Shown: positions 30,088 through 40,373 of the stretch, one piece after another
Numbering within the stretch: position 1 is the stretch's first letter
How the letters are laid out: each line of letters opens with the position of its first letter
Source of the DNA: Pelagomonas calceolata
Taxonomy: Eukaryota
Direction: 5' to 3'
NCBI GenBank assembly: GCA_918797485.1
Contig: CAKKNE010000005.1
Span: forward strand, 4,588,001 to 4,652,000
Length of the DNA: 64,000 bases
Notes under the pieces: generated by a model
The model's input: the letters and a program-made list of their open reading frames with translations, nothing else
The model's database searches: none
Told to the model about the DNA's origin: nothing
Program-made: the position numbers and the translations under genes

Positions 30088-33000
30088 ATGGCCGACTGGC
30101 AGTGCTTCTGCACGACCGTGAACAAAGCCGACGCCAGGGAGTGCTGGGTGTGCGGACTCCGGCGACCCGATATCCCGCGAGCGGAGGCACCGCCGGCGCC
30201 GGCGCCCGCGCCCGCGAGACCGCGCTACCCGTCGCCGCCGCCGCTGCCTTCGGCGCCCGCGCAAGCATCAGTGCCGCGCGCGCCGTCGCCGCGGCCGTCG
30301 GCGCCGCCGCCGCGCGCCCCATCGCCGCGGCCGCCGGCACCGTCGGCGCCGCCGCCGCGCGTGACGCAGACGCAGCCGAAGAAGAAAATCGTCGACCTCA
30401 CGGGCTCGGACGACGAGTCGCCGCCCAAGAAGCCGCGCATGGAAGAAGCGTCGAGAAGTGGTCACGACGACCGGCCCATGTATCGGGAGGCGGGCGTGCC
30501 CAAGGCACGAGCAGAAGAGCTCAAACGACGACGCGACAACGAGAATGACCGACCTTTACATCGAAATGTCTGTAGGGAGAAGGTCCAAGATCTAGAACAG
30601 TTGAGAGAACGACAACGAGCGAAGTACGACCACCCCCAGCACATCCCGGCCGACCCGAGATGCTGGAAGGACGATGTGGACAAGGCCTCGCACAGGATAC
30701 CACCAAGGAAGGTCTTCGACGGGACCAAATACTTCATGAATACCCTAGATGAAGCCATCACCGGTCCCTTGGCCAAAAGCGACCGAGAGACCCTATCTCC
30801 AGTAGACATTTTGTGGCACACGCCTTTTATACAAAAAGCTTTAATGACGTCCTACGGTGTGGACTACGAGTTCCTAGCTTACTTATTCAGAGATTCTAGA
30901 CTCGTGGTGGAGCCGAACCTCATGACCGTGGTCGACAACTACGACCACTCGAAGAACGCGCCGCAAGTCCGGCAAGGGACGAAGGAGAAACCGTTCCGCG
31001 TGGTGTGGCCGCCCTTTTATGATAAGCACGCGTCGTCGCAAGTGCGGGAACGATTAAAACTAGCGACGATGCATCCCAAGTTCTGGCTATTGGTGTTCGG
31101 CGACTTTTTGCGGGTCGTCGTGTCGTCGTCGAACCTGGGAGGTCCGTGACTCGGTGTCGTGAAACGTGACGCCGTCGCGGCGATGGCGTCGCGGCGATGG
31201 CGTCGACGTGGCCGCATGAGAGTCCATACGCCTCGCGAGAGAGCCGCGGCAGTTCGCGACGGCGTCCTTACACACAGGCTACGACAACAAGATGAACAAC
31301 CAGTTCTGGGTCTGCGACTTCCCTCGCAGATCAACACCTATGGTACAACAGGCGACGCCGGAGGCCGAAGTAGATGATAGAGATGCCGCTGATGCTTGTC
31401 TTAAAGAAAGGATCGGGGCCGTGAAGGGCGACGCTCTCATAAAATTCGCGAAGGGCGACCGAAGTAGAGTCGACGTGCGCGGCTTAGATTCAGATTCAAG
31501 GAAGGCCGTGCACCGCTGGGCCGAGTGGCGCGGCGGGCTGGCGACGGAATCTAGGGGAGAAGCTCATGAAAGAACGTTAAGACTTACAAGAACAAAAGGA
31601 TCGAACCGCCACGCCAAGGTGACCTTCGCGTCGTCGTTACGGGGCTTTGTAACTGAGATGCTCAAGGGCGACGACGCTGCTGCGACGTCCGTCCGCGAGG
31701 AGTGGGACGACATCCTACAAAGGCACGACCTCGATAGTATAGCGGACGGCGTCGTGTTCATCCCGTGCTCGTCAGCGTGAAAATCGAGGTTCTACGCCAT
31801 CGACGCGTCTGCGCGATGGCGTCGAGGGTGCCACACGCAGGTCGACGCCGGGCGTGCGACGAGGTTCATTGGCGGACTGCTTCGGCCACCGCGCGATCAA
31901 GCGCGCTTTACGGGAACGAGGCCTGAAGGTAGCCAGGGCGGAGTTCGCCAACTCGTCGCTGGGAAGACTCTTTGACGACCGCTTCCTGAAATGTTTTAGG
32001 GAGTCGATCTTTGGTTCTCCGATTGATGATGGAAGGTTAAGCATCGTGTGGCCTACCGCTGATGTAGCCATGAGAATGAGTAGACGATTAGCGGTCCGAG
32101 CCATGACCGAGGACCAGGGCACAGCGCAGATGACGGGGCCCCACCCCGACATCTGGGCGAAATTCAAGCCCCAACTCAAGGCTAGATTTTGTCGCCACGA
32201 GCCGCCGCCGGATCGACGAACGCTCCACCACTCGAAGATCCTCTGCTTATATGATGAGCAAGATACGTTGATTGGTGTGCTCGGAGGCTCACATAATTGT
32301 TCGGGCGCGGCCTGGGGCGTGTCCGAGCAGGACGCGTCGGTCGTCATGTCCTTCGAGGCCGGCGTACTCATCTTCTGCGACAAGGATCAACAACGACGCG
32401 TTGCGTTGGAAGCGATGCTGCCCTGGTCAAGACCCGTACAACCCTATCAAGGAGACGACGTGCCCTGGCACGGCGACCACTTGCTGAACCGGTTGCACGC
32501 CAAAGGCGACGAGTATGCGAGAGCCTGCGCCTTTTCCCGCGAAAGTGCGTCGCACCTCCCAGACTTACCTCTACTCAAAGGCGCGTTCCCGGCGCACGAC
32601 AAGGTCCAAACTCTCAAAATTGTTTCCCCATGTGACGTCTACGCCGAGTCGCTTGATGAACACACGCGCAAGGTCTGCGGCGAGGGCGCGAAGAAGGAAT
32701 TAAGGTTGCGAGGTGTCTTACATGGCAACGTCTTTTCTAGGAGCAGAAGGCCGGTCAAAAGGTTGCAAGCGGGTATGTTGGTAGCTGTCGACGGCGGGCA
32801 ACACAAGAACTACGAGTACAAGCATGCGGTACGGGGCACGGTGGCGATTGATGAGTACCGCTTAGTGGACGGGTCGGGCTACGTGGATACTGGTGTAAGT
32901 GCACAGAAGGCGGTTGTGTTAGTAGCAGAAGGTGAGTACGATGCGAAGCCTTGCCTAGGTGTGTTCGTCGAGAAGGACCAACCGGCACCATCCGCTTTAG

Positions 33001-34169
33001 TAAAATGTCTGGGCGATGTCAAAGTCCAGTCGTTGCTACGAGACGAGTTCTTAGGAGTGTGGTGCGGCGTCGGCAACGCCCCTGGAAGGCTGGAGCACGC
33101 CGAGTGTGTTTGTCGGAAGATCTTCGACGTCGAGCTTAAAAGTGGACAGGGGCCCTGTTTAGGTGCCGTCGTGAAGGGCGAGCGGGTCCTCGTGGCGGAC
33201 CAATCCGAGACAGCTTTGTTGCTGGAGTCTCCGTCAACGTTCCACGCGATGTTAAGGGACGTCCTCGAAAAGACCGAGGAGGCCCTCTCTACCAGTGTGA
33301 AAGATAGGGAAGAGAAACGTATCAAAATGGAGGAGCTGCCTTTGCAGAAAGCGCGAGAGGCGGCGAAATTTGTGGCGGACAACTACGACCTACTGGTCAT
33401 CGAGCCCGAGGGCACTTTGAAGGCGCCCGGCCGCGTCAAGCTCTGGCGCGAGCCGCCGTCGGCGGCCGAGAAGGCGCGACTGGCGGACGACACTTCTAGA
33501 CAGATCGGGACGCGCGACGCGTTCTACGGGGACTTGGTGCCGTTTCTCGCGGCTCTGCGCGAGAACCATAGCGTACCCATCAGTTTCGCGACGGTCTTCG
33601 GCCAAAAGTGTACGGATCCGGAGCCGCGGGGCCGCGCGAAGGAGGATCGCGTGCGGAGTGCCTTGGATGATTTGGTGGCGCGCCTCCAAGCGGAAGCTCC
33701 GGGTTACCGTGAGGACGATATCGATATATTGATAGCGTGGCGCTGCTCGAAGGCTCATTTGTCAAACTACTCGGCGGAGAAGGCCCAGGAGGCGCTGCGG
33801 GGTTTAGCTCTGCCGTCTGCGTCCGAATCCGAGCGAGCGTTAAGTGGAGGCGTCCACGCTTTGGCGGTGAAGCTCGTCGAGGAGGGCCCGGCCGGGCCCG
33901 TGCGCCGCGCGGCGGAGTGGTCTCCATTATTTGCGGAGGACGGCCTGTACCTGCAGGCGGCCGTCGCGCGGCACCGGGAAGCTTTTGAATTGATCGGCGC
34001 GCCGCGGACGTTAGTGATCGGCGCGGACCACGCGCACAAGCTCGCGGCGCGCCTCGCCGGCTTTGATTATATCGAGGAGAAGTACCTGGCGTTCGGCGCT
34101 CTCGCGGCGCAGAAGGTCGTGAGGCCGGACGCGCCCGAGGAGCTCGAGGAGGTGGTGGACTTCGGATAG
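30088..34169 (+). CDS. Tyrosyl-DNA phosphodiesterase 1 (TDP1)-like PLD-fold enzyme with RanBP2 ZnF, R3H-like insert and C-terminal HAD-like region; introns 31142-31277 and 31765-31840
   Basis: HKN motifs MHPKFWLL..LRVVVSSSNL and HHSKIL..GSHNCSGAAWG..SFEAGVL; IVWPT; N-terminal WQCFCTTVN..ECWVCG. Two GT-AG introns join three ORFs in frame. Confidence 0.8.
31773..31840. mobile_element. Decayed introner (intron 31765-31840)
   Basis: Degenerate ends CAGCGTGAAAATCGA / CCACACGCAG; inverted core ACGCCATCGACGCG...CGCGATGGCGT. Confidence 0.55.
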
Positions 34170-34187
34170 TGTGTGATAAGTGACTGT

Positions 34188-34721
34188 TTACTCTTTCTCG
34201 ACGACCGCGCGGAAGCGCTCCATGAAGCCCTCGGGCGCGGGATTCGTGGGGCACGTCCACGTGAGGTCGTCGTCGACGTTCTGCGCGACGGCCACCCACG
34301 GGCCGCCGAGGAGAGACCGCACGACTACCATCTCTCGAGAGTAGGTAAGCGGCAACCCTTGCGACGGCGGAGTGGTGCATCTCTCGCCAGGGAGATACTC
34401 CTCCGAGGGACCAGCATCGCCCCGGATCACGTGGCCATTCGCGTTGCCGCCGAAGCGTGCGAGCCAGAAGTAATACGGCTCCAGGACGCCATGGTGCTTG
34501 TGGGTAAACGCCGTCACCGAGCACACGCCGTCGTCGACGATTCTCGGATTGAAGACGTCCTCGATCGTCTGGGCGTTGCCCCACAATCGTGAGGATAGCA
34601 GCAACTCGAGCTGCGCGGCGAGATGCTCGTTGGCGCGTAAAGCGTCGGCGTCGAAGTAGATCGTCTCCAACACCTCGGTGCCGTCGCTCAAGGTCCGCGC
34701 CTTTACTCGGCGGCCGCGCAT
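34188..34721 (-). CDS. Hypothetical protein
   Basis: About 177-aa ATG ORF with globular composition; divergent from 35264 with a CTAG element between them. Confidence 0.55.
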   Translation of the reverse strand: MRGRRVKARTLSDGTEVLETIYFDADALRANEHLAAQLELLLSSRLWGNAQTIEDVFNPRIVDDGVCSVTAFTHKHHGVLEPYYFWLARFGGNANGHVIRGDAGPSEEYLPGERCTTPPSQGLPLTYSREMVVVRSLLGGPWVAVAQNVDDDLTWTCPTNPAPEGFMERFRAVVEKE

Positions 34722-35052
34722 TTTACAGGTCGAACGACGAACGCCCACTGCGCCGCGGGCCACAAAACAAAGACTACTACTAGCGTCGCGAAGATGAGTC
34801 CGGGCACGTCGACGGATCGGCCGCGTGATTGTGGTTCTGTGTCCCTTGCTGGACGCTCCCTCTTCAGCCAGGTTAAAGGGCCATTTTGTGCCTTCGCGCA
34901 GGCTGCCAAATCGGGAAAATTACAAGCACATTAAATGAGCCTCCGAGCCGGCCCCGCGTATCATACGAGGTTCGGTAGATCAAAAGGATAACCAGAAGAG
35001 TCGAATCCTGTGCCTGTAACGGAGGAAGGGCTTTTGCGTGAAGCGCGATAAG

Positions 35053-35074
35053 CTAGCGGCATGTAAGACACTAA
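35053..35074. promoter_or_regulatory. CTAG bipartite upstream element
   Basis: CTAGCGGCATGTAAGACACTAA between divergent genes. Confidence 0.65.
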
Positions 35075-35263
35075 GCAGGAAAGCAAAAGCACTGAGCCCT
35101 GGAGCAATACGCTGCCGCAGCAGCCTTGGATGTTGCGCACCGCTCTGGCTGGATCTCGTGCGTCCAAACGCATCGAACAAGAGCTCATCTTTAAGGCGCT
35201 GGCCGCCGCCGCCTTGCAAGCTCTGACTCTCTGCTGCGCTTGGAGCGCGCTCCACAAGAAGAA

Positions 35264-36658
35264 ATGAAGCTCCCCCTCATCCTCCCCGTGCCGCTCCTCG
35301 CGCCTGCATTCGTGTCGATTTTCGCGCCCAGAACCGCGCCGCCGCGCGTCGCGCCGCCGCCGCCCGAATCAGCCCAGCCGGCCGACCTCGACCGCATCGG
35401 CTACGACACGATAAAAAACGCGCCGCCCGAGGCCGGGAAGGAGGCGCGTGCTGCGAATTTGGCCGCGCTCTTCGGCGGCGACCTCTCTGTGCCTGCAGCA
35501 CCGGTTGTTGAGCCGGCGCCGGTCACAACCGCACCGTCCGACGAGGACCTCACGGACGACGAGATCAAGCGATATTCAAGACATCTAATACTAGAGAACG
35601 TTGGTGTCGAGGGCCAGAAGCGCCTCAAAGCTTCTAAAGTGGCCGTCGTCGGCGCGGGAGGTTTAGGATCGCCTGCTCTCTTATACCTCGCAGCCGCCGG
35701 TGTGGGTACATTAACAATAGTCGACGATGACACGGTCGAAACCTCAAACCTCCAGCGGCAGATCGTGCACGACACTGACGAAGTCGGCGAATACAAAGCC
35801 GCGAGCGCCGCGTCGTCTATACATAGAGTCAACCTCCTGGTCGAGGTGAAGCAGTTGCGAGAACGTTTAAATGCAGACAACGCTCAGGAACTACTAAAAG
35901 GCCACGACGTCATCTTAGATGGATGTGATAATTTTGACACGAAATATGCGGTCGACGACGCGTGTAGAGCATTGGGCATCCCCTGCGCCTACGCCGCCAT
36001 CCTGCGATTCGAGGGCCAGGCTTCCACGTTCAACTACCCGCCCGGTGTTGGGCCGACCTATAGGGACCTGATGCCGGAGGGGCCGGCGCCGGGCACCGTC
36101 CCCTCGTGCGCGGAGGGCGGCGTTTTAGGTGTATTACCGGGTGTCCTAGGATGCATCCAGGCCACGGAGGTGCTCAAGGTGTTATTGAAAAGGCCATCAA
36201 GCGATTGCCTCGCGGGCCGCGTTCTGGTTTATGATGCGCTGCGGATGACGTTCCGCGAAATTCCGTTGGTGAAAGGCGCGGCCGAGTGCGCCGCCGCGGA
36301 AAAGTCTCTGGAAGAGGAGCCGCTCCCGCCGGACGCGCACACCCCCTTAACGGCCACGGAGTGCGCGGACAAATTACGGGAGGGCTGGGCGCCCTACGTC
36401 TTGGACGTGCGGTTGCCGCAAGAAGCCGAGATCTGCCAGCTGCCCTTCGCCGACGCGCTCTGTCCGCATAGGAATATCAAGGCGGCGGCGGACGGGCTGC
36501 CCCGCGACGTCGACCTGCTGGTGCACTGCAAGTCGGGCTTTCGGTCGCGCGCGGCGTGCCGCGACCTCGCATCGCTGGGCTTCGACCGGCTCTACAACAT
36601 GGAGGGGGGCATCCTGGCCTGGGCGAGGGACGTCGACCCGCGGCTCCCGACCTACTAA
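35264..36658 (+). CDS. MoeB/ThiF-type adenylyltransferase + rhodanese (MoeZ/MOCS3-like) with N-terminal targeting sequence
   Basis: RYSRHLIL, GAGGLGSP, SNLQRQ, DGCDNF, PSCAEGGVLG; rhodanese VHCKSGFRS..GGILAW. Confidence 0.9.
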   Translation: MKLPLILPVPLLAPAFVSIFAPRTAPPRVAPPPPESAQPADLDRIGYDTIKNAPPEAGKEARAANLAALFGGDLSVPAAPVVEPAPVTTAPSDEDLTDDEIKRYSRHLILENVGVEGQKRLKASKVAVVGAGGLGSPALLYLAAAGVGTLTIVDDDTVETSNLQRQIVHDTDEVGEYKAASAASSIHRVNLLVEVKQLRERLNADNAQELLKGHDVILDGCDNFDTKYAVDDACRALGIPCAYAAILRFEGQASTFNYPPGVGPTYRDLMPEGPAPGTVPSCAEGGVLGVLPGVLGCIQATEVLKVLLKRPSSDCLAGRVLVYDALRMTFREIPLVKGAAECAAAEKSLEEEPLPPDAHTPLTATECADKLREGWAPYVLDVRLPQEAEICQLPFADALCPHRNIKAAADGLPRDVDLLVHCKSGFRSRAACRDLASLGFDRLYNMEGGILAWARDVDPRLPTY

Positions 36659-36873
36659 GCTCCTTGTTATCATACGAGAGGGGTGGGGACACACAGCAAT
36701 CACTTGTTCCGCGCTGACTTCTGCCGCAGCGTCTTGACGCGCGCCGCGCGCAGCTCGAGCACGTCCTGACCAAAACCCGCTCCTTGGCTACTGCGATCCC
36801 TGGCTAATGCATTAAAGAAAACACAAACTATTATGGATGCGTCGCCCCGGGCGACGGCGTCGAGAAGGACTCG

Positions 36874-38039
36874 TCAGGTCGGACGCACGGACTTGAGATG
36901 CAACTTCCGTGGCGGGATCGCGAAGTGGAGCACGAGCGCCAGGAGGCCGACCACGAGCGCGGCGACGCCGCCCAGAATCGAAAGCAAGCAGCCGACCGTG
37001 CAGACCTGTCCGTCGAACACGTCGTGGTCCTCGACGGCCTCCGTCATCTCCGTCCGGTAGTTGCCGGCGCCCGCGAGGGCCACGAGGCCGCCTAACATTA
37101 AGCCCAGGCAGAGGACAGCGAAGAGCTTCCCGTGGTGCGGGCGAGGACTCTGCCTGGCCAGGACCAGGGCGGGCACGGCGACCAAAAGCGAGGTCACTCC
37201 CACCACCGTGGTGTCCCGCGCCGTATTGCTGGACGCAACGAGCGCCTCGCAGAACGCGTCGCCGGCGCACTTCTTGTCGTCCGTCTCGAGCGCCTCCGTC
37301 TCTTTCCCATTCTCTGTCTTGACGTGCGCGTTCCAGAGGTCGTACCGTGTCTCGACCTTGGTTGCGTTCAAAGGCATCTCGTATTCAATCGTCATCCAGT
37401 GGCAGTATACTGGCGCGCCGAAACGTGCAAATAACTGGCAGAGGAAGCAGAGGACCGCCACGGCGCCCACGCGAGAGAAGCGCTTCCTCAAGTTAGGATA
37501 CAACTGACCATGCTTTGTGTGCAAACCGTGCTGCGGCGTGCGCGCGTCGACGGGCTGGTGATGACGAGCTGCCTTGACTTTGAGAGGGGAGGTGGCCTTT
37601 TCCCCTTTCCCAAGGAGCCGCACGACCGTCAGCGTGTTCTCGGTCGCGAGGTCGACTTGGATCATGCCTGTGTGGAAATCGACCAGTGAGTTAGATTATC
37701 CACGGGGACAACGTCGCGTCGATGGCGTGGGGCGCCCGAAATTTGATTTCCACTCAGGATCATGCCCGTCGCGGGCGGCTTTCGGACCCGCTCGCTCACC
37801 GCGTGCGCGCCGAAGCGCACCTCGGTTTCGAGGACCGTGCCATTTGGTAGCACCACGGGCGTGAGCCGCACGACGTCCGCCTGGCGCCGCAGGGCCCGCA
37901 GGATCAGCGCGTTGTCCACGTCGCTGTACGGAGCCTGCTTGCCACCCGCGATGTTGGCGAAGCGCGTCTCAGCCGCCGCCGCGTCGAACGATTCCGGTGT
38001 CCGCCGCTGCGGCGAACTGATGATGGCGGCGCCTCCCAT
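36874..38039 (-). CDS. Hypothetical membrane protein with about 4 TM segments (claudin/MARVEL-like); GC-AG intron 37668-37765
   Basis: Splicing joins ORFs 37662 and 36874 (PATG|MIQVD); four hydrophobic segments. Confidence 0.6.
37668..37757. mobile_element. Introner element (GC-AG intron 37668-37765)
   Basis: Perfect TSD GATCATGC at 37660-37667 and 37758-37765; TIRs CTGTGTGGAAATCGA / TTGATTTCCACTCAG. Confidence 0.9.
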
Positions 38040-38180
38040 TACATCCGGGCAGCCTCCTTACCCTGGTATGGTCCTGTCGCGGCTCTTGCGGGCTGAGTGC
38101 ATTGTGTGGGTGGCTGGCTAATCTACAATGGCCAGAATGCCGGGCACTAGCGCGGGAGAGCATCGGATTATCGAACGGGG

Positions 38181-38202
38181 CTAGCGGCCTGTAAGACACT
38201 AG
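38181..38202. promoter_or_regulatory. CTAG bipartite upstream element
   Basis: CTAGCGGCCTGTAAGACACTAG between divergent genes. Confidence 0.7.
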
Positions 38203-38237
38203 GAATGCCTGCAAGCGCAAGCTTGAGCCATTGCTGC

Positions 38238-39453
38238 ATGATGGCCGTTCCGCGACCAGCACTCGCATGGATTGCAGCGCTCGCGCTTGCCACGGCCTTC
38301 GTGCCGCCGCTGAGGCGACATGCACAGCTCAAGCCCGTTTCATCGACTGCGCGACGACGACCTACATTGTTACGCGCGACCGACGAGCCGCGCAGCGATA
38401 ATGGCACGAGGGACGACGAGTTCGACCTGGAGCCGCGCGCAGCCAAGGACGACGCGCCGACGGCCGCTCTGGCCAAGTCCGACGACGAGACGAACCCCTA
38501 CTACAAGGTCGTGGCTGCGTTATCCCCAGGCGAGATCATCGGGCGGTTCGCGGCGACGGCGCCGCCGCGCGTCCAGGACGCCGTCAAACAAACGATCATG
38601 GGTCTGCTCGGCAACGCGGGCTCCTTCGCCCTCGAGACGGCGACGGTGACGACGTCGGAGAAGCTCGCGAACCTCATGTTCCAGCTCCAGATGACGGGGT
38701 ACATGTTCAAGAACGCCGAGTACCGGTTGAGTTTGTCGCGGAGTCTGCAGCCGTGTGGAAATCAACCAGTGAGTTAGGTTATCCTGAGAAATATTGCGTG
38801 AGCCTTCGTGAGCCTCCAAGCCATCGAGCCGACGCGGGCACGGGGACAACGTCGCGTCGATGGCGTGGAATCGCCACGCCATCGCGCAGACGCAGCTACG
38901 GAGACAACGTCGCGTCGATGGCGTGGGGCGCCCGAAATTTGATTTCCACACAGGTCTGCAGGACGTGCCCGCGCTCATGCCGGGCGAGGACGACAGTTCT
39001 TCCCTGCCGCCCGTCGAGGGCCAGGTCAAGGTCAACGTCATGGGCGAGGAGGTCGCCATCGACGCCGACGCGTACATGGCCGAATTACGGGAAGAGGTCG
39101 AGACGCTGCGGACGGAGTTGGATAGGGTCGAGGAAGCTCGAAGGGAGGCGACGCAGTCCGATTTATTGGCGTACGTGCGCTCGCTGCCGGAGCAGCAGAT
39201 GGCGGCGCTCACGTCGGAGATTACTGATGATGTTTTGGATGGCATGAAGAAGCTCGTCTATTCCATCATGAAGGGCATGGGCACGTCGTCCGTCGAGGCG
39301 AACACGCTGCTGCAGCAGTCGGGGAGCGCGATGGCGCAATTATGCATGTGGCAGCTCGCGATCGGCTACAACTTGCGCGAGCTCGAGGTGAAGAACGCGC
39401 TCTCGAAGCAGCTCGAGGCCGGCGATGATGGCGGCGACGCCGTCGACGCGTAA
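38238..39453 (+). CDS. DUF760-family protein (two DUF760 units), probably plastid-targeted; intron 38743-38953
   Basis: Signal + ATAF-type motif; QMTGYMFKNAEYRLSL; LLAYVRSLP; WQLAIGYNLRELE. Confidence 0.8.
38751..38953. mobile_element. Introner element (intron 38743-38953)
   Basis: Perfect TSD GTCTGCAG; TIRs CCGTGTGGAAATCAA / TTGATTTCCACACAG; internal tandem GACAACGTCGCGTCGATGGCGTGG x2. Confidence 0.92.
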
Positions 39454-39531
39454 ATTGACGACTCGTAGTTATGACTTCTTAGAGCTAGACCGAATAGCCA
39501 CAAGCCGCCGCGCAGTCGCGTCGTCGTCGTC

Positions 39532-40044
39532 TTACGGCATCGGCGGCGTGTACGGAGGAAGTTCCCCCGACTCAGTCATCTCGTACACGCGCGCCGCCGC
39601 GATGTGCGCGGGACCGCCGCCGTTGTAGGCTTCGAAGCCCGCGTCGCAGAGGTGCTCGGCCGCCTTGCCGCCGCGGCCGCCCGAGCCGCAATGCGTGATG
39701 ATCGGGCGGTCCTTGGGCAGCGCCACGACGACTTCATTGATCTTCTTGAGGAACTCTTCCTGCGTTGTCGGGCGCTCGCTCTGCTTGACGCCGTCCATGT
39801 TGAGCGGTACGTTGACGGCACCCTCGATCTTCGCGGGCGGGCCGCCCTTGCCGGCCTCGACCTCCGCGGGATCTCGGACGTCGAGAATGACCGGGTTCTT
39901 GAGATCAGCGAGGACCTCGGCATCCGCGACGGCTCCGGGGCGCGCGCTCCGGCTCACGAAATCGGACGCAAACCGGACCGAGAGCAGGCGACGCGTGCCT
40001 CGCGGTTGCGCGGCGAATGTGGCGAGGGCGCGGACGATACGCAT
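39532..40044 (-). CDS. Single-domain rhodanese, probably mitochondrial
   Basis: ILDVRDPAE..GAVNVP..IITHCGSGGRG; Arg-rich presequence. Confidence 0.85.
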   Translation of the reverse strand: MRIVRALATFAAQPRGTRRLLSVRFASDFVSRSARPGAVADAEVLADLKNPVILDVRDPAEVEAGKGGPPAKIEGAVNVPLNMDGVKQSERPTTQEEFLKKINEVVVALPKDRPIITHCGSGGRGGKAAEHLCDAGFEAYNGGGPAHIAAARVYEMTESGELPPYTPPMP

Positions 40045-40373
40045 AGCTCTTGTGCACAGTCGGAGAAGCTCAAAGAAGAGTAGTCAAGCGGGCACGCACG
40101 CTCGCCTAGCCGGAAAGACTCTGATGCAGTCACTGGCTCTCACAAGAGAGAGAGCTTTAAAGTCTGTGTCGACTCTCTGAGAGAGCAGAAAACGGACTGC
40201 AAGTTCGGCGCGTTATCTGTCGAGCCGCGTTCCGCGACGGGTAGGTCTGGACAAGCGCGACGGAGCTTGTATGCTTCACTGAGCGAAAAACCCGTGCGAG
40301 CCCTGGCATATGCCTGGTGCCGAGCCTATGTGGCCCACTACTCACACGCCTAAGTCAATAACAGACAAAAAAC

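Noticed and set aside
27324..34169. Apparent frameshifts/pseudogenes in the Mus81-like and TDP1-like genes (likewise DUF760, sulfotransferase, POFUT-like)
   Set aside because: The breaks are explained by introns whose removal restores the reading frame.
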